Shown here piece after piece: positions 1 to 17,679 of a stretch of DNA of 64,000 nt (its first letter is position 1; the number at the start of each line of letters is the position of its first letter). The notes below the pieces were generated by a model. That model worked only from the letters and a program-made list of their open reading frames with translations, was not told the DNA's origin and did no database searches. The DNA lies in assembly GCF_009914755.1 (NCBI RefSeq), contig NC_060938.1. One strand, given 5' to 3'. The position numbers were made by a program, and so were the translations under genes. Origin of the DNA: the human T2T-CHM13v2.0 reference genome, Homo sapiens.

Positions 1-10
1 TTTATAATAG

Positions 11-181
11 TCTAAGGAAAAATTGATTAACAGCTTGAAAGAAGGCTCTGGTTTTGAAGGCCTAGATAGCAGCACTGCCAGTAGCATGGAGCTGGAAGAA
101 CTTCGGCATGAGAAAGAGATGCAGAGGGAGGAAATACAGAAGCTGATGGGCCAGATACATCAGCTCAGATCCGAATTACAG
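11..181 (+). CDS. GOLGA5: GOLGA5 (golgin-84) coding exon, coiled-coil; probably exon 7 of 13
   Basis: AG at 9-10, GTAAGA at 182; 171 nt, phase 0-0; SKEKLINSLKEGSGFEGLDSSTASSMELEELRHEKEMQREEIQKLMGQIHQLRSELQ recognised as golgin-84. Confidence 0.96.
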
Positions 182-279
182 GTAAGATTCATGGTGGTTC
201 AGCTTAGTAGACACCATTTACCCTCAGGTGTTAACAGTTTGAGAGGTGGGGAAACAGCATTACTAAAGCGATAGGTTTC

Positions 280-619
280 TCGCTTCTCTTCGCTTCGCTT
301 CGCTTCTCTTCTCTTCCTCCTCCTCTTCCTCTTCTCTTCTTTTGGAGTCAGGATCTTGCTCTGTCTCCCAGCCTGGAGTGGTGTGATCATAGCTCACTGC
401 AGCCTCGAACTCCTGGGCTCAAGCAGTCTTCCCGCCTCAGGCTCCCAAGTAGGTGGAACTACAGGCACATGCCATCACGCCCAGCTAATTTTTATATTTT
501 GTAGAGACAGGGTATCCCTGTGTTGTCCAAGCTGGTCCCAAACTCCTGGCCTCAAGTGATTGTCCCTCCTCAGCCTCCCAGAGTGCTGGGATTGCAGGGC
601 TGTTGCAGCCCGTGCTGGG
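280..619 (-). mobile_element. AluJ-type SINE with (CTT/CGCTT)n-degenerated tail
   Basis: Alu body on minus strand; flanked by ctaaagc..taggtttct repeats. Confidence 0.85.
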
Positions 620-635
620 CTAAAGCAGTAGGTTT

Positions 636-1007
<372 letters not shown>

Positions 1008-2009
1008 TAATCCATAAGTTGACCATAAAGTTATGGTGATAAAAAACAGATCAATTCATTCAACAAATAGTTACCAAGTGCCTGCCATGTGCCTAGGTTT
1101 GGAATTAGAACAGGGTCTTCATAATTATAGATCTTACATTCTAGTGGTTAAAAGCAAATCAGATTTGAGCTCCTATGTGAAGCTGAGATGTTTTCTAATA
1201 TTAGTATGGGCTCAGGGATGATCTTCTAATTACAGTTTTATCCTTATTCTTATAATTTATAGTTTATGTATAATTACTATATTTAAAAGTAAAGTTGGGC
1301 CATTTATTTTGCTTAAACTTCGGGGTCTTTGACATAAATATCGTAGGAAGGAGTCTCTGAAGGTGAGAGAAGATAAAGTGCAGCATAACGAGCTTCCTTT
1401 TCTTAAAAGGAAGAAACTTTTTGTAGAGAATGTTCATCCATGCATTAACTCTGCACATTGTGAGACTTGTGAACTACAAAAGAAAGCGTGAAAGTTGTGA
1501 GAATAGGATACCTTGTCTAGAGCATAGACTTGAATAGCAGACAGACGTGGATAGATTCTGTCTTTGGTACTTAACAGATGCTGCTTCCACAAGGCACTTC
1601 ATCTTGCGGAGCTTTAATTTTCTCATCTATAGAATGCAGGTAAACAAAGGTTCTCTTGACAATAAAGGATAATATATGAAGAGCCTAGCATTGTTTCTGA
1701 CATGTAATAGACCCTCAGTTAAATAATAGCTGCTATTATTTCTGGGTTTATTGTTATTCATTAAAGTAGGATTTTTTTTTTAATCTGTGAATTTGAATTC
1801 CAAAGAATTCAGTCCTGCAAACTTAGAAATTGGGTAGATGCTAAACTTACTCATATCTGTTCATGTCTTTTTGGTGAGATTATGAAAAATACTTGTTTTA
1901 TTTAATATATCAGCATCATTAATGACATTGACCCATTTTCTTACCCTTCTCAAAATTTATGCAATGTATAATAAGTGTTAGGTCTAACAAAATGAAAGAA
2001 TTGTAAATA

Positions 2010-2255
2010 ATTACAATAGCTATTGTTTACTGAGCACGTATGTTCCAGATACTGCACAGAGCACTTAACATATATCCTTACATTTATTCCTTACCATAAC
2101 TCTGTGAGGGAGATGATGATATTCTCATTTTATAGTTGAAGAAATTTAGGCATGGAGAAGGAAAGTAACTTGCTGCAAGACTAGTAAAGTGGCAGAGCCA
2201 GGATTAGAACCTAGTCTAACTCCAGGACATGTTTTTGACCACTGTGCATACTGCC
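2010..2255. mobile_element. MIR SINE (old, diverged)
   Basis: core-like attttatagttgaagaaatttaggcatggagaaggaaagtaacttgc...gccaggattagaacc. Confidence 0.6.
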
Positions 2256-3119
2256 TGCCTCTCAAGAATTTGCCCGATGTAGTCAAATTGATGACAAAGA
2301 TTAATCTACCTTCTGCTAACCTGAAAACTCAAAGGTAGGGAAAAATAGTTGTCATTATTGCTTTTTCCTCTAAATCTACAAAGTTGTGTGAGTTCAGAGG
2401 ATTGCACTGTGATTATCTGGGCATCTTGTTAGTCTTAGTTCTTTCAAACAGCATGTGAAGTTCCAAGGTTTGTGGTGATGAGTATGAAACAGAATGTACC
2501 AACAGATAAAAAAGCAAAAATAAGATGCTGATTTTAATCTTCTGTTGTGCCATATGAATGGACTCATGCTTAATCCATTTGGGGAAAATATAGAAACCTA
2601 GAGCCATGTTTTTGCTACTAGGAGATTTGACAGGAAATCCAGAAGGTGAGTTCAAAGAAATGAGAGTAAGAAACATAAGAACATGTAAAAACCAATAATA
2701 GTAATAAAGTAATAAAGCTAAAAGAAGAAAATTATATGCCAACTTCTGGTGATATGCAAGACAAGTTATATTCTTATCATATGTTGATTACTGGGGAACA
2801 GATGCACACCAAAACTAATTATAACCTGCAATTTCAGGGGACTAATGCAGTGAAGTCCTTTGTGCTATTATGTTTCTGATTTTTTTTGAAACTGTTAGCT
2901 TTTGAGTAAAGATATAAGTCTCCCAGTGAGCCTCTGCCGATACTCGTGAAACCACATGGCTTATGTGCTGCAGCAGCTGTAGCGCCCCATTCATTCTGCT
3001 GTTAGCCATAGTAGACAATGAAGGTGTCAGGTTATATGCTCCCTATAGGCTGAAACCATGTCTCATTCACCTTTATTCCTCAGTGCCTCCTGAGCCCAGC
3101 ACATAGTAATTGCATGGTA

Positions 3120-3402
3120 GACAGGTTGTGTGGCTCAACACCTGTAATCCCAGTGCTGTGGGAGGATTGTTTGAGGCCAGGACTTTGCAACCAGCCTGTG
3201 CAATAAAGCCATATCCCATCTCTTAAAAAAAAAAAAAAAAACTTAAGCCAGGCCTCGTGGCATGTGCCTGTAGTCCCGCTACTCGGGAGGCTGATGTGGG
3301 AGGATCCCCTTGAGCCCAGGAGTTTGAGGCTGCCATGAACTGTGATTGTGCCACTGCACTCCAGCCTGGGTGACGTGAGACTCTGATTCTTAAAAAAGAA
3401 AA
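3120..3402 (+). mobile_element. AluJ SINE (internally deleted left arm)
   Basis: Alu arms and A-rich linker/tail. Confidence 0.85.
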
Positions 3403-3467
3403 ATTGCTCAATAAATGTTGAACTGAATGTTAATTATTGCTTTTACATGTAAGCTTTTTCTCTTTAG

Positions 3468-3596
3468 GATATGGAGGCACAGCAAGTTAATGAAGCAGAA
3501 TCAGCAAGAGAACAGTTACAGGATCTGCATGACCAAATAGCTGGGCAGAAAGCATCCAAACAAGAACTAGAGACAGAACTGGAGCGACTGAAGCAG
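3468..3596 (+). CDS. GOLGA5: GOLGA5 coding exon (coiled-coil)
   Basis: polypyrimidine+TTTAG acceptor, GTCAGG donor; 129 nt; DMEAQQVNEAESAREQLQDLHDQIAGQKASKQELETELERLKQ. Confidence 0.96.
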
Positions 3597-3739
3597 GTCA
3601 GGATTTGAGATTGATGACTTCTGAGACTCTGTCCTCTAGCGGTCATATGAGCAGACCTCCCAGGAAAGCAGCTTACTGAAATTTTTAGAGTATGGGCTTA
3701 GGGTTACCCCACAAGTTCCTCCTGCCTTCCCATCTCATC

Positions 3740-4738
3740 TGAAGGGGTGGCCTGCCCCTCCACACCTGTGGGTATATCTCATCAGGTGGGATGAGAGACT
3801 GAGAAAAGAAATAAGACACAGAGACAAAGTATAGAGAAAGAACAGTGGGCCCAGGAGACCGGCGCTCAGCATACGGAGGACCTTCACCGGCACCGGTCTC
3901 TGCGTTCCCTCAGTATTTATTGATCACTGTTTTCATTATCTCAGCAAGAGGAATGCAGTAGGAGAGCAGGGCGATAGTGGGGAGAAGGTCAGCAAGAAAA
4001 CATGTGAGCAAAGGAATCTGTGTCACAAATAAGTTCAAGGGAAGGTACTATGCCTGGATGTGCACGTAGGCCAGATTTATGCTTCTCTCCACCCAAACAT
4101 CTCAGTGGAGTAAAGACTAACAGAGCAGCATTGCTGCCAACATGTCTCGCCTCCAGTCACAGGGCGGTTTTTCTCCTATCTCAGAATAGAACAAATGTAC
4201 AATCGGGTTTTATCCTGAGACATTCAGTTCCCATGGGCAGGCAGGAGAAAGAGGCCTTCCTCTTATCTCAACTGCAAGAGGCCTTCCTCTTTTACTAACC
4301 CTCCTCAGTACAGACCCTTGACAGGTGTCGGGCTGGGGGACGGTCAGGTCTTTCCCATCCCACGAGGCCATATCTCAGGCTATCACATGGGGAGAAACCT
4401 TGGACAATACCCGGCTTTCCAGGGCAGAGGTCCCTGCAGCTTTCCGCAGTGCATTGTGCCCCTGGTTTATCGAGACTGGAGAATGGCGATGACTTTTACC
4501 AAGCACACTGCCTGTAAACATTTTGTTAACAAGGCACATCCTGCACAGCCCTAGATCCCTTAAACCTTGATTCCATACAACACATGTTTTTGTGAGCTCA
4601 AGGTTGGGGCAAAGTTACAGATTAACAGCATCTCAGGGCAAAGCAATTGTTCAGGGTACAGGTCAAAATGGAATTTCTTATGTCTTCCTTTTCTACATAG
4701 ACACAGTGACAGTCTGATCTCTCTTTCTTTTCCCTACA
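3740..4738 (-). mobile_element. HERV-K (HML-2) solo LTR, LTR5A/LTR5B-type rather than LTR5_Hs
   Basis: Minus strand reads TGTAGGGAAAAGAAAGAGAGATCAGACTGTCACTG...CCACAGGTGTGGAGGGGCAGGCCACCCCTTCA; 999 bp; TG..CA ends; near-TSD TCATC/CCATC; AATAAA on minus at 3916-3921. Confidence 0.93.
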
Positions 4739-6344
4739 CCATCCTCCTTGATTTTTGTTTTTTAACAGATGAGAAATGGAGGCACAGAATGGTGATGGCA
4801 CTTGCCTGGTACAACTAATTAAAGATGGAATAGAACCAAGGTTTCCTGTTTCTGAGCCCAGAATGCTTTCTATTACCCTGTCTGTATTTTGTTATATCTC
4901 CTAGTATAGAAAACTTCAAAACATATTATATTCATCAGTTGGTTTTCATAGTTTATTGCATTTGTGCTTTCTAGGAACAGCAGTAAATATTATTTAATAA
5001 AAATACAGATACAATATTAGTGCCATATTAACTGTTCTTTCTGCTTGAGAAAAAAGTCTTATACAGACTCTTCTAACAAATCATGTTTAAAATTATATTT
5101 CATTGTTCAATTAGCAGTTGCATGTTCCCAAGCCAAATTATTTTACTTTAATGTACTCATATAATAGTTTCAGTATTAACAGAGTTAAACATAGCCACAT
5201 TTTCAGAATAAGATTCTATATCTAATGTTAATAACATCACTAATTTACTAAGTGACAACATTGTTATAGGCATTTAGTACATATTATCTTATTTCCTACT
5301 CACAAGTAAATCACTACTATTCTCTTTATTTTACAGAAGAGAAAACTATTCTTATAATTCTCAGTGCTTTACTGTTAGTATTTCCATCTTTGTGTATTTA
5401 AATTCTTTAAAGACGTTTTTCATTAGGATTTATTACTTCTGAAACTTGTTCTTTTCTCAGAGAAATGTTTTTTATTATAAAAGTTGTAATTCAACTCTAT
5501 TTCCTGAGTACTCAGTGAAAAACTCACCAAGTAACAACGTGCAGGGTATGTCATAGGCAGTTTTAGATAATTTAGTTATGAGATTAGCGTCCTTTCAGAA
5601 ATTGCATTTTAATTTATTCAAGGCACTATTATATATTAAAAGGCAACAATTTAATGTTCTTGATGCTTAATGAGATAATTTTCATTTTGTTATGGCAGAT
5701 GGTTTTACCGTACCTCTTCCCAGTGCCTTTTTAAAATGAGGGAGTTAAATAGAAGAAAATGGAGCTTAATGTAGCTGTGGGCTATTTATTTAGTATATGT
5801 TCCAAATGGAAAGTGTTTAATCTTGCAATTGAAGAGTCCTTTAGTGCTTCTTATTAATTTAAGTAACACCAACCTTAAGTTTTGTACTTGCCTAGAGCTT
5901 AAAAGAAATCAGACAAACCTTGTAAAGTGTGATTCTCCTACCCTAATTACCTTTCTCATAATCTCTTTTCTCACCTCTCTTGATTTTTTTCCATTTGTGT
6001 GATGAACAACTTGAGCTAAATGTTTAACAGAGTCTCTAGCAGTGTGCTGCCATATCACCTTTACTTTTTCAGACAGCTCCCGAACTGCTGCTGTACTCTT
6101 CACTGTCTTCACTGTTAAGTGAAAAGCTTTTGAAAGTACTTAGTAACTCCAGTTACTCCTTCTCTGTTCTACGTTGTATTTCAGTGATTTGGACACATTT
6201 TTGGATTGGCATGTGCTTTACTCTTAGATTCTGAGCTGTCTCTGAGTGATCCATTGTACAAACGAGCAGTGCATTAGTGCAGTTGTTAATGAGTTTAGAG
6301 GTATTAGCCTTTTTGGGGAGATTAGCCTTTTGTCTATAATATGA

Positions 6345-6836
<492 letters not shown>

Positions 6837-7164
6837 TAGTACTTTTTTGGTTTGATTCTTGCATATAAATCTTTGATTTATTAGGAATTTACTCTGATGT
6901 GTGAGGTGAGCTACAGATCCAACCTAATTTTCTTCCATATGGCTACTTTTTTCCTAGTATCATTTTTTTAAATAGTTTATTGATTTGAGATGTCACCTTT
7001 ATCATGTCCTAAATTCTCAAGGTATCTAGATCTGCTTCTGGACTTTTGTTCTCTTCCATTAGTCACTTTGTCTGTTTATGCATCAGTACCACATTGCTTT
7101 TAATTTCTGAGATTTTATATGTTTTAATGTCTTTATGACCCGTTCTCCTTTTCAGAGCTTCTGG

Positions 7165-7476
7165 CTTTTCTTTTTCTTTTCTTTTTTTTTTGAGCCATGG
7201 TTTCACTCTGTCACCCAGGCCAGAATGCAGTGATGCGGTCACAGCTCACTGCAGCCTCGACCTCCTCAGGCTCAGGTAATTCTCCCACGTCAACCTCCTG
7301 AGTAGCTGGGATTACAGGCACGCACCACCGAGCCTGGCTAATTTTTTTATATTTTGTAGAGATGAGGTCTCACTCTGTTGCTCAGGCTGGTCTTGAACTC
7401 CTGGACTCAAGCAATTCACCCACTTCAGCCTCCCCAAGTGCTAGAATTACAGTTGTGAGCTACCGTGCCCAACCTG
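7165..7476 (-). mobile_element. AluJ SINE
   Basis: Alu body; ctggcttttcttt flanking repeat. Confidence 0.85.
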
Positions 7477-8305
7477 GCTTTTCTTTCTTACAGTTTTCCA
7501 TATGAATACTAGAATAACTTTACATAGTTTTTTTTAAAAAAAGCAGCTTTTGTTTTTGTTGAGATCATGTCAGACTTATGAATTAATTAGAGGAGAACTG
7601 ACATCTTTATGATGTTGTATTCCTAAGAATATGATATGACTTTTTATATGTTCCAGTATTTTTTGTACCCTTTAGAAATGTTTTAAAGTATTCTTTATAT
7701 GTACTCCACACATCTGTTGTTAAATTTGTTTTTGCTACTATTATTTCTTGGGGCCTTTTTCTCATATCTTCTAACTGCTTTATATAAAACTATTGATTTT
7801 TATATATTGTTTTATATTCTGCCACCTTACTGAATTATTGTTTTTCTTTGTCTCATGTACTTTGCCTATTTTTAAAATGTTCCTGGTTTGTGTTTTTAAT
7901 CTATTTTATGAACATTATATTGATCTTTATCATATATTTTATGAATATTTTTTCCAGTTGTCATATTAATGCTATATAACTGAGATTCTTGAAGAGATTA
8001 TCCATTCTTCCTCATTACAAGATAAACATTTTTTGTTTCTGATTATTTACACTGTTAATAATTATTTATTATGGATCTTTGTTTACAATACATACTGAAG
8101 TGCCAGCTTTTCATCAGACCCATCTGTTATTCACTTAATTATATACTCATTATATAATACACTCTGTTATAAACTCAGTTATATACGGAGTTACATGTTC
8201 AGCACATACTGATTGTCTACCATGTGCCAGGCACTGATTTAGGTACTGAGGATGGAATAGGGGACACTTATTTCGCTTCTGTTTTGTTTGTGCCTCACTT
8301 TGCAG

Positions 8306-8404
8306 GAGTTCCACTATATAGAAGAAGATCTTTATCGAACAAAGAACACATTGCAAAGCAGAATTAAAGATCGAGACGAAGAAATTCAAAAACTCAGGAA
8401 TCAG
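8306..8404 (+). CDS. GOLGA5: GOLGA5 coding exon (coiled-coil)
   Basis: TTTGCAG acceptor, GTATGA donor; 99 nt; EFHYIEEDLYRTKNTLQSRIKDRDEEIQKLRNQ. Confidence 0.96.
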
Positions 8405-9338
8405 GTATGAATCACTATTCACAACTTGTGAAAAGATGCCACTGATAAAGCTACATTTTTTTAAAAAGGACACAGTAAGAACTTTCCCCGTGTTTTCACC
8501 TGAGTTCTTTTGTAACAGTGGTGACAAAAGTTCTTTTCAACCTGGTATAGAAAATTCATCTAATGCCATTTGAGTCTACATTTGCTCTGTTCTATGATTT
8601 GCTTCTTATAGAAGTATCTTGTAGCCAAAGTCACGAAGTAGATGAGAATTACCCCGAAATTTCAGACCTTTGACATCAGTGTGGTTGTGCTGATTGCCAG
8701 GTTCATAATTGTGATTTCATTTTCCTAAGAAAAATCTAATGATACATCTTCCTATTAATGATTGATCAGTCTTCCATAAAGTCACCAAGATATTTTTTTA
8801 ACCGTGAAAATGTAAAATGTACAGAAAATAATGACACTCATGTGCCTACCACCCAGACTTACCAAAGCCTTTATCATTAGCTGATAGAGTCACACGTTCA
8901 CATTCCCTGTAATCATAGTTGTCCTTTCCTTCCTTAGGTTTAGACAATTGATTTAATGGACTTAATAATCATTTAAATAATTTACATAAAGATTGAGTCT
9001 TTATTTTTTAGTTAATGGCTTAGTTTGAACTATGAAAAGTCAAATAATTTTGGTCTTTTAAGTTTCCAGACTTGATAGTAGTCCATAATTTTAAATGTTT
9101 TGAAATACTTTGTCTTAATTTTTATAAGAGTTGAGAACAGCTCACTGATTTGAGCATTCCCTTCTTCCCTTGCCTATTTTGTGAAATACTTACAGATGGT
9201 CACGTGATGTGCTAGCAGAAAGTCAAAAGAAGGAGCAAAAACCACCAATTGGTTTAATCCTTTTTCTATATTTACTAAATATTTATTGAGTACCTACTGT
9301 ATCTGAAGTATTGCACCATTTTTGTTAATCAAGAATTA

Positions 9339-9925
9339 GGCCAGGTGAGGTAGTTCATGCTTGAAATCCCAACACTTTGGGAGACCGAGGCAGGAGGACC
9401 GCTTCAGCTCAGCAGTTTGAGACCAGCCTGGGCAACATAGTGAGACCTTGTCTCTACAAAAAATCAAAAAATTAGGCGTGGTGGCACACACCTGTAGTTC
9501 TAGCTACTCAGAGGCTGATATGGGAGGATCACTTGCGCCTGGGAGGTCAAGGCTGCAGTGAGCTCTCAGTGCACCTCTACACTCCACCTTGAGTGACAGA
9601 GTGAGACCCTGTCTCAAAAAAAAAAAGAAAAAACAACCATAGGGTGGCTTATGCCTATAGTCCTAACTACTTGGGAGGCTGAGGCAGGGAGATCACTTGA
9701 GGTCAGGAGTTCAAGATCAGCCTGGGCAACATAGCGAGACCATCATCTCTAAAAAAATATTTTTAATTAGGTGCATGGTGGCACGTACCTGTAAGTCCCA
9801 GCTACTTGGGAGGCTAAGACATAAGGATCACATGAGCCTAGGAGTTCAAGGCTGCAGTGAGCTATGATCACCCCGCTGTACTCTAGTTGGGCAACAGAGA
9901 GAGACTTTGTTTCTTAAAAAGAAAG
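9339..9925 (+). mobile_element. Two tandem AluJ SINEs
   Basis: Alu bodies 9339-9632 and ~9641-9925. Confidence 0.85.
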
Positions 9926-10189
9926 AATTAACCATAGGAGGATTTCTCTGAAAGGTTTTTCATCAAATTAGAAGAGAGCAAAACCTTTGTCCCGTAGAAT
10001 TAAGTTGACTTGTACAATCTGAAAAGAGATCAGCATCTTAATACATTGCCAAAAAAAAAAAAAAATCACACAATTGGAGTGAGTTAAGATTTATTCTGAA
10101 TGAACAATAAAGAATTATGCTTATTATTTTTGGGCTTTCTGCATGTAGGTTAAAAAAATAGGTTGCCAGTTTGAATGTTTTTTCATTTT

Positions 10190-10482
<293 letters not shown>

Positions 10483-11339
10483 AAATTATTGCATGGGAGT
10501 AGATGAAAACATACAGAGAAAAAAAATGAACCTTTATTTTTATCCCCTAATTAGACTTGCAAAGTTACCAAAAATTAATTTGAGATGACGCTAAGCCTAA
10601 GCTATAAAGCTTCTAGGAGAACGTGTAGGAGAATCTTTTTGCAATTTTGAGGCTGACAGATTTCTTAGAGAAGATACAAAAAGCGCTAACTGTAGAAGAA
10701 AATGATACATTGCTATTCATAAAAATTAAAATTTTCTTCTCATCAAAAGAGATTATAAAAATAAAAACAGGTAAGCCACAGATTGGGAAATAATATTTAC
10801 TTTCTCTCTCTGTATATATATATCTGATAAAGGATTTATAACCAGGATAAGAACTCTTAATAATAAGGTGCACAGCCATTTCTTTTAAATAGGTAAAAGA
10901 CTTGAATAGACCCTTCCAAAAAGAAGAAAAAAGCACACCTTGTTTTATTGCATTTCTCTTTATTGCAGTTTGCAGATACTGCATTTTTACCAAATTGAAA
11001 GTTTATGGCAACCCTGCATCAAGCAAGTCTGTCCACACCATTTTTCCAACAGCATATGCTCACTTCATGTCTGTGTCACATTTTGGTAATTCTCACAATA
11101 TTTCTGATTTTTTAATTATATCTGTGGTGATCTGTGATCAGTGACCTTTTATATAACTATTGTAATTGTTTTGGGGGCACACAAACTGCATCCACATAAG
11201 ACAGTGAACTTAATCCATAAATGTGTGTGTTCTGACAGCTCCATCAACTGGCCATTCCCACATCTCTTTACCTCTCCTCAGGCCTTTCTAGTCTTTAAGA
11301 CACAGCAATATTGAAATTAGGCCAATTAATAAACCTACA

Positions 11340-13620
<2,281 letters not shown>

Positions 13621-13788
13621 CAAACTTTGTTGTTATCTTATTTTAAGAAATTGCCACATCCACCCCAGCCCTCAGCAGCCACCATTCTGATCAGTCAGCA
13701 GCCATCAACATCAAGGCAAGACTCTCCACCAACAAAAAGATTAGGACTCACTGAAGGCTCAAATGATGGTTAGCATGTTTATTTAAAG

Positions 13789-14276
<488 letters not shown>

Positions 14277-14330
14277 ATTTAAAGTATGCACGTTGTTATT
14301 TTAGACATCATGCTACTGCACTGTTAATAG

Positions 14331-14681
<351 letters not shown>

Positions 14682-15419
14682 TGAGGAACCAAAAAATTCG
14701 TGTGACTGACTTTATTGCAATATTCACTTTATTCCAGTGGACCAAACCCATATTATCTCTGAGGTGTGCCTGTATATGAATGATTAAATAAGCATGTGAA
14801 TAGGTGCTCAGAGTCATCACTAAGGTATACTACCACACACCCACTAGAATGGCTGAAATGGAAAAGATTGGCAGTAGCATGTGTTGGTGAGGATGTGGTG
14901 CAGCTGGAACTCTCACCCACTGCTGGTGGAAGTGCACAGCAGCACAACCACTTTGGAAAACTGGCTGTTTCTGATAAGGCTAACGTACATCTAACCTGTG
15001 ACTTTAGATATTTACCCAGTGTAAATGAAGATGTATGACCACTAGAAGACTTGTACATGAATATTTGTAACATGCTTGTTCATAAATAGCCCAAATTGGA
15101 AACAACCCAAATGTCCATCAGCAGGTAATGGATAAACAAATTGCAAACCATTCGTCAAACTAACACAACTCAGATGAATTTTTTTTTTTAAAAGCCATGT
15201 GCAAAAGGATTCATACTGTGTGATTCCACTCAGGAAATTCAAGAATAGGCAAAACTAAATTCTGCTAATAGAAATCAGAATAGTGATTGTCTAGGGTGAT
15301 GGAAACATTGTTTGTTTTGATCTTGATGCTGACTATACCGTCAAACATTTGTCACAGTTCGTTTTTTGCTTAATACCTGGGTATTTCACTATATAGATTT
15401 TACCTTGATTAAAAAATCT

Positions 15420-16105
15420 TGAAGTATGTTGATTAGGGGATCATAGTACCATCTTAAAATTGAGCATTCTTTTAAAAATAGTAAACCTTAGTTTATACTC
15501 AATAAAATTCCATCTGGTAGTTATTTGTTGTGGTGTGCTTAATTTGTGGGGAGTGCTGTAAAGGATTCATAAGAAAGGAAGCTAATTTTTTAAGTGCCTA
15601 CCATATGACAGGTACCATATTAGGTGTTTTATATGTTAATTTAAGTAAGCATCATATCCTATGAACAAGGAAACAGGCTCAGATTTAATAGCTTTCCCAA
15701 GATACTGTAGCTAGGAAATGTCAGAGCTGGGGTTTTAAACTTAGATCAAACTTTTTTCAATACTGTATTGATGTAGACAATGATTCTTGCCCTCATGAAG
15801 CTGACTTACAGTGTCATTGAGGAGGCAAAATTGACTCCCATAAAACAGCGTTATCGGAGTGACTGATAAATACCAAGACATTTACCAAGAAAGCTAAGAT
15901 TAACCTGGGCTAGAGTGATTAGAGAAGACTTCAACAAAGAGTATGAAGTATGTTGATTAGGGGATCACAGTGCAATCTTAAAATGGAGCATTCTTTTTTA
16001 AGTAGTAAACCTTAGTTTATGTTCAATATAATTCCATCTGGTAGTTATTTGTTGTGGTGTACTTAATTTGTGGGGAGTGCTGTAAGGGATTTATAAGAAA
16101 GAAAG
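15420..16105 (+). repeat. 162-bp dispersed direct duplication (15420-15581 and 15944-16105)
   Basis: ungapped alignment, about 14 mismatches by hand (~91%). Confidence 0.92.
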
Positions 16106-16881
16106 GCAGGTGGAGCCTAGATAAGAGAAGGGGATTGAGTTTCCAAACAGAGGAAACGTGGCCGGCATAGCGGAGGCTGGAGGAGAGTAGAGGGAGATGG
16201 AGACAGATAAGACCAGATGGAAGATGGAATGAAGGAAGTCGTTAAGTATCAACTTTCAGCCAGAGTCTCCTAGGACAACTATCATTTACTGTCCCTAAAT
16301 ACCATGTGCAACGGGTGCTGTCATCTTCACTAACAGATGAGGAAACAGATTCAGAGAAGTATAGCAATTAACCTGAAGTCAAATAGCTTGAAAATTGCAG
16401 AGCAGAGATGAAAACCTCAGAGTGTGATCTTTGCACTGCACCGTAACTGTTGAATGACGGAGGCTTTTGAATCCCTGTTGAAAAGTGTGGATTGTGTCCT
16501 CTAAACCCATGCTTTGAAATACTTTGACCATGACGCCTCAGTGAGAAAAACAGTTTACATCGTGTCTCAGTACTGACATGCACTTACATGTACCAAACTG
16601 AAACAGGAGTTTCACAAAATTATACTTTTATATATACTATATGTTACATAAATATCAGAATATGTCCCATTCTATTACATTTTCTAAAATGCTGATTTTG
16701 ACCCACCAAATTGATTTCATGACCCCAGTTTTTGAAAATCACTTTTGTAGACATTGAGTCAGTATAGAGTTTTGAGAAATCAATGAATGCCACAATTTAC
16801 CTATGAAAATGTAGTAGTGTGATTTCTGTATTGTATGACTTTCATTTTATGTAAGAATTTTGTGAACACTTTCTCTTTCAG

Positions 16882-17107
16882 CTTACCAATAAAACTTTAA
16901 GCAATAGCAGTCAGTCTGAGTTAGAAAATCGACTCCATCAGCTAACAGAGACTCTCATCCAGAAACAGACCATGCTGGAGAGTCTCAGCACAGAAAAGAA
17001 CTCCCTGGTCTTTCAACTGGAGCGCCTCGAACAGCAGATGAACTCCGCCTCTGGAAGTAGTAGTAATGGGTCTTCGATTAATATGTCTGGAATTGACAAT
17101 GGTGAAG
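16882..17107 (+). CDS. GOLGA5: GOLGA5 coding exon
   Basis: CTCTTTCAG acceptor, GTAATC donor; 226 nt (phase 0-1); LTNKTLSNSSQSELENRLHQ...SINMSGIDNGE. Confidence 0.96.
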
Positions 17108-17679
17108 GTAATCAAAAAAGGAATCTCAAAAGAACATTTCATTCAAACATGCTTTTGAAAAGTTATAGAAGGACTATTTTTATTTGAAAGAAACTTCATC
17201 CAGTGAAGGACTCAATTTTCTGATATGAGACCTGGGCCACGTACTGTTTAGTATTGTTAGTGAACCGGATAATGGACTAATTAATATTCCTCACCAGTAT
17301 TAGACTTGGGGAAAGTAGTCTGAGGATTGATAATTATATTGTAATGTCTGAGACACTTAACAAGATGATGCTGACAAGGCGAGGAATTCAGTAGAGAGGA
17401 GCTTTCAGGACACTTGAAACAAGATTTGCTTTAATAATCTTCCAGTAAATAGTTACGGGTATTAGAGCTAATACATAGTTCACATAACCATATCTAAAGA
17501 AATCTATAGATTCCCAACATATGTAATTAAAAAATAATGTGTAAGATAGTATAAGCATCAACAGATCAGATTTTTAATCTTGGAACTTCGTAAAGTCTAC
17601 AAATTGTCATTCAGCAAATTTCTCAGTTCTTTGGCTTTAAATTATTTCTTTTAATAAAAAAAATTGTTTAAGAGACGCT

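Noticed and set aside
23-274. 83-aa ORF as a standalone gene (likewise 16972-17187)
   Set aside because: These are GOLGA5 exons reading through the splice donor into intron.
3740-4738. SVA element or provirus
   Set aside because: Complete TG..CA LTR with no VNTR, hexamer, Alu-like part, PBS or gag; it is a solo LTR.
6056-6130. Possible cryptic acceptor cctttactttttcag in a GOLGA5 intron
   Set aside because: No convincing downstream donor, and no support without RNA data.
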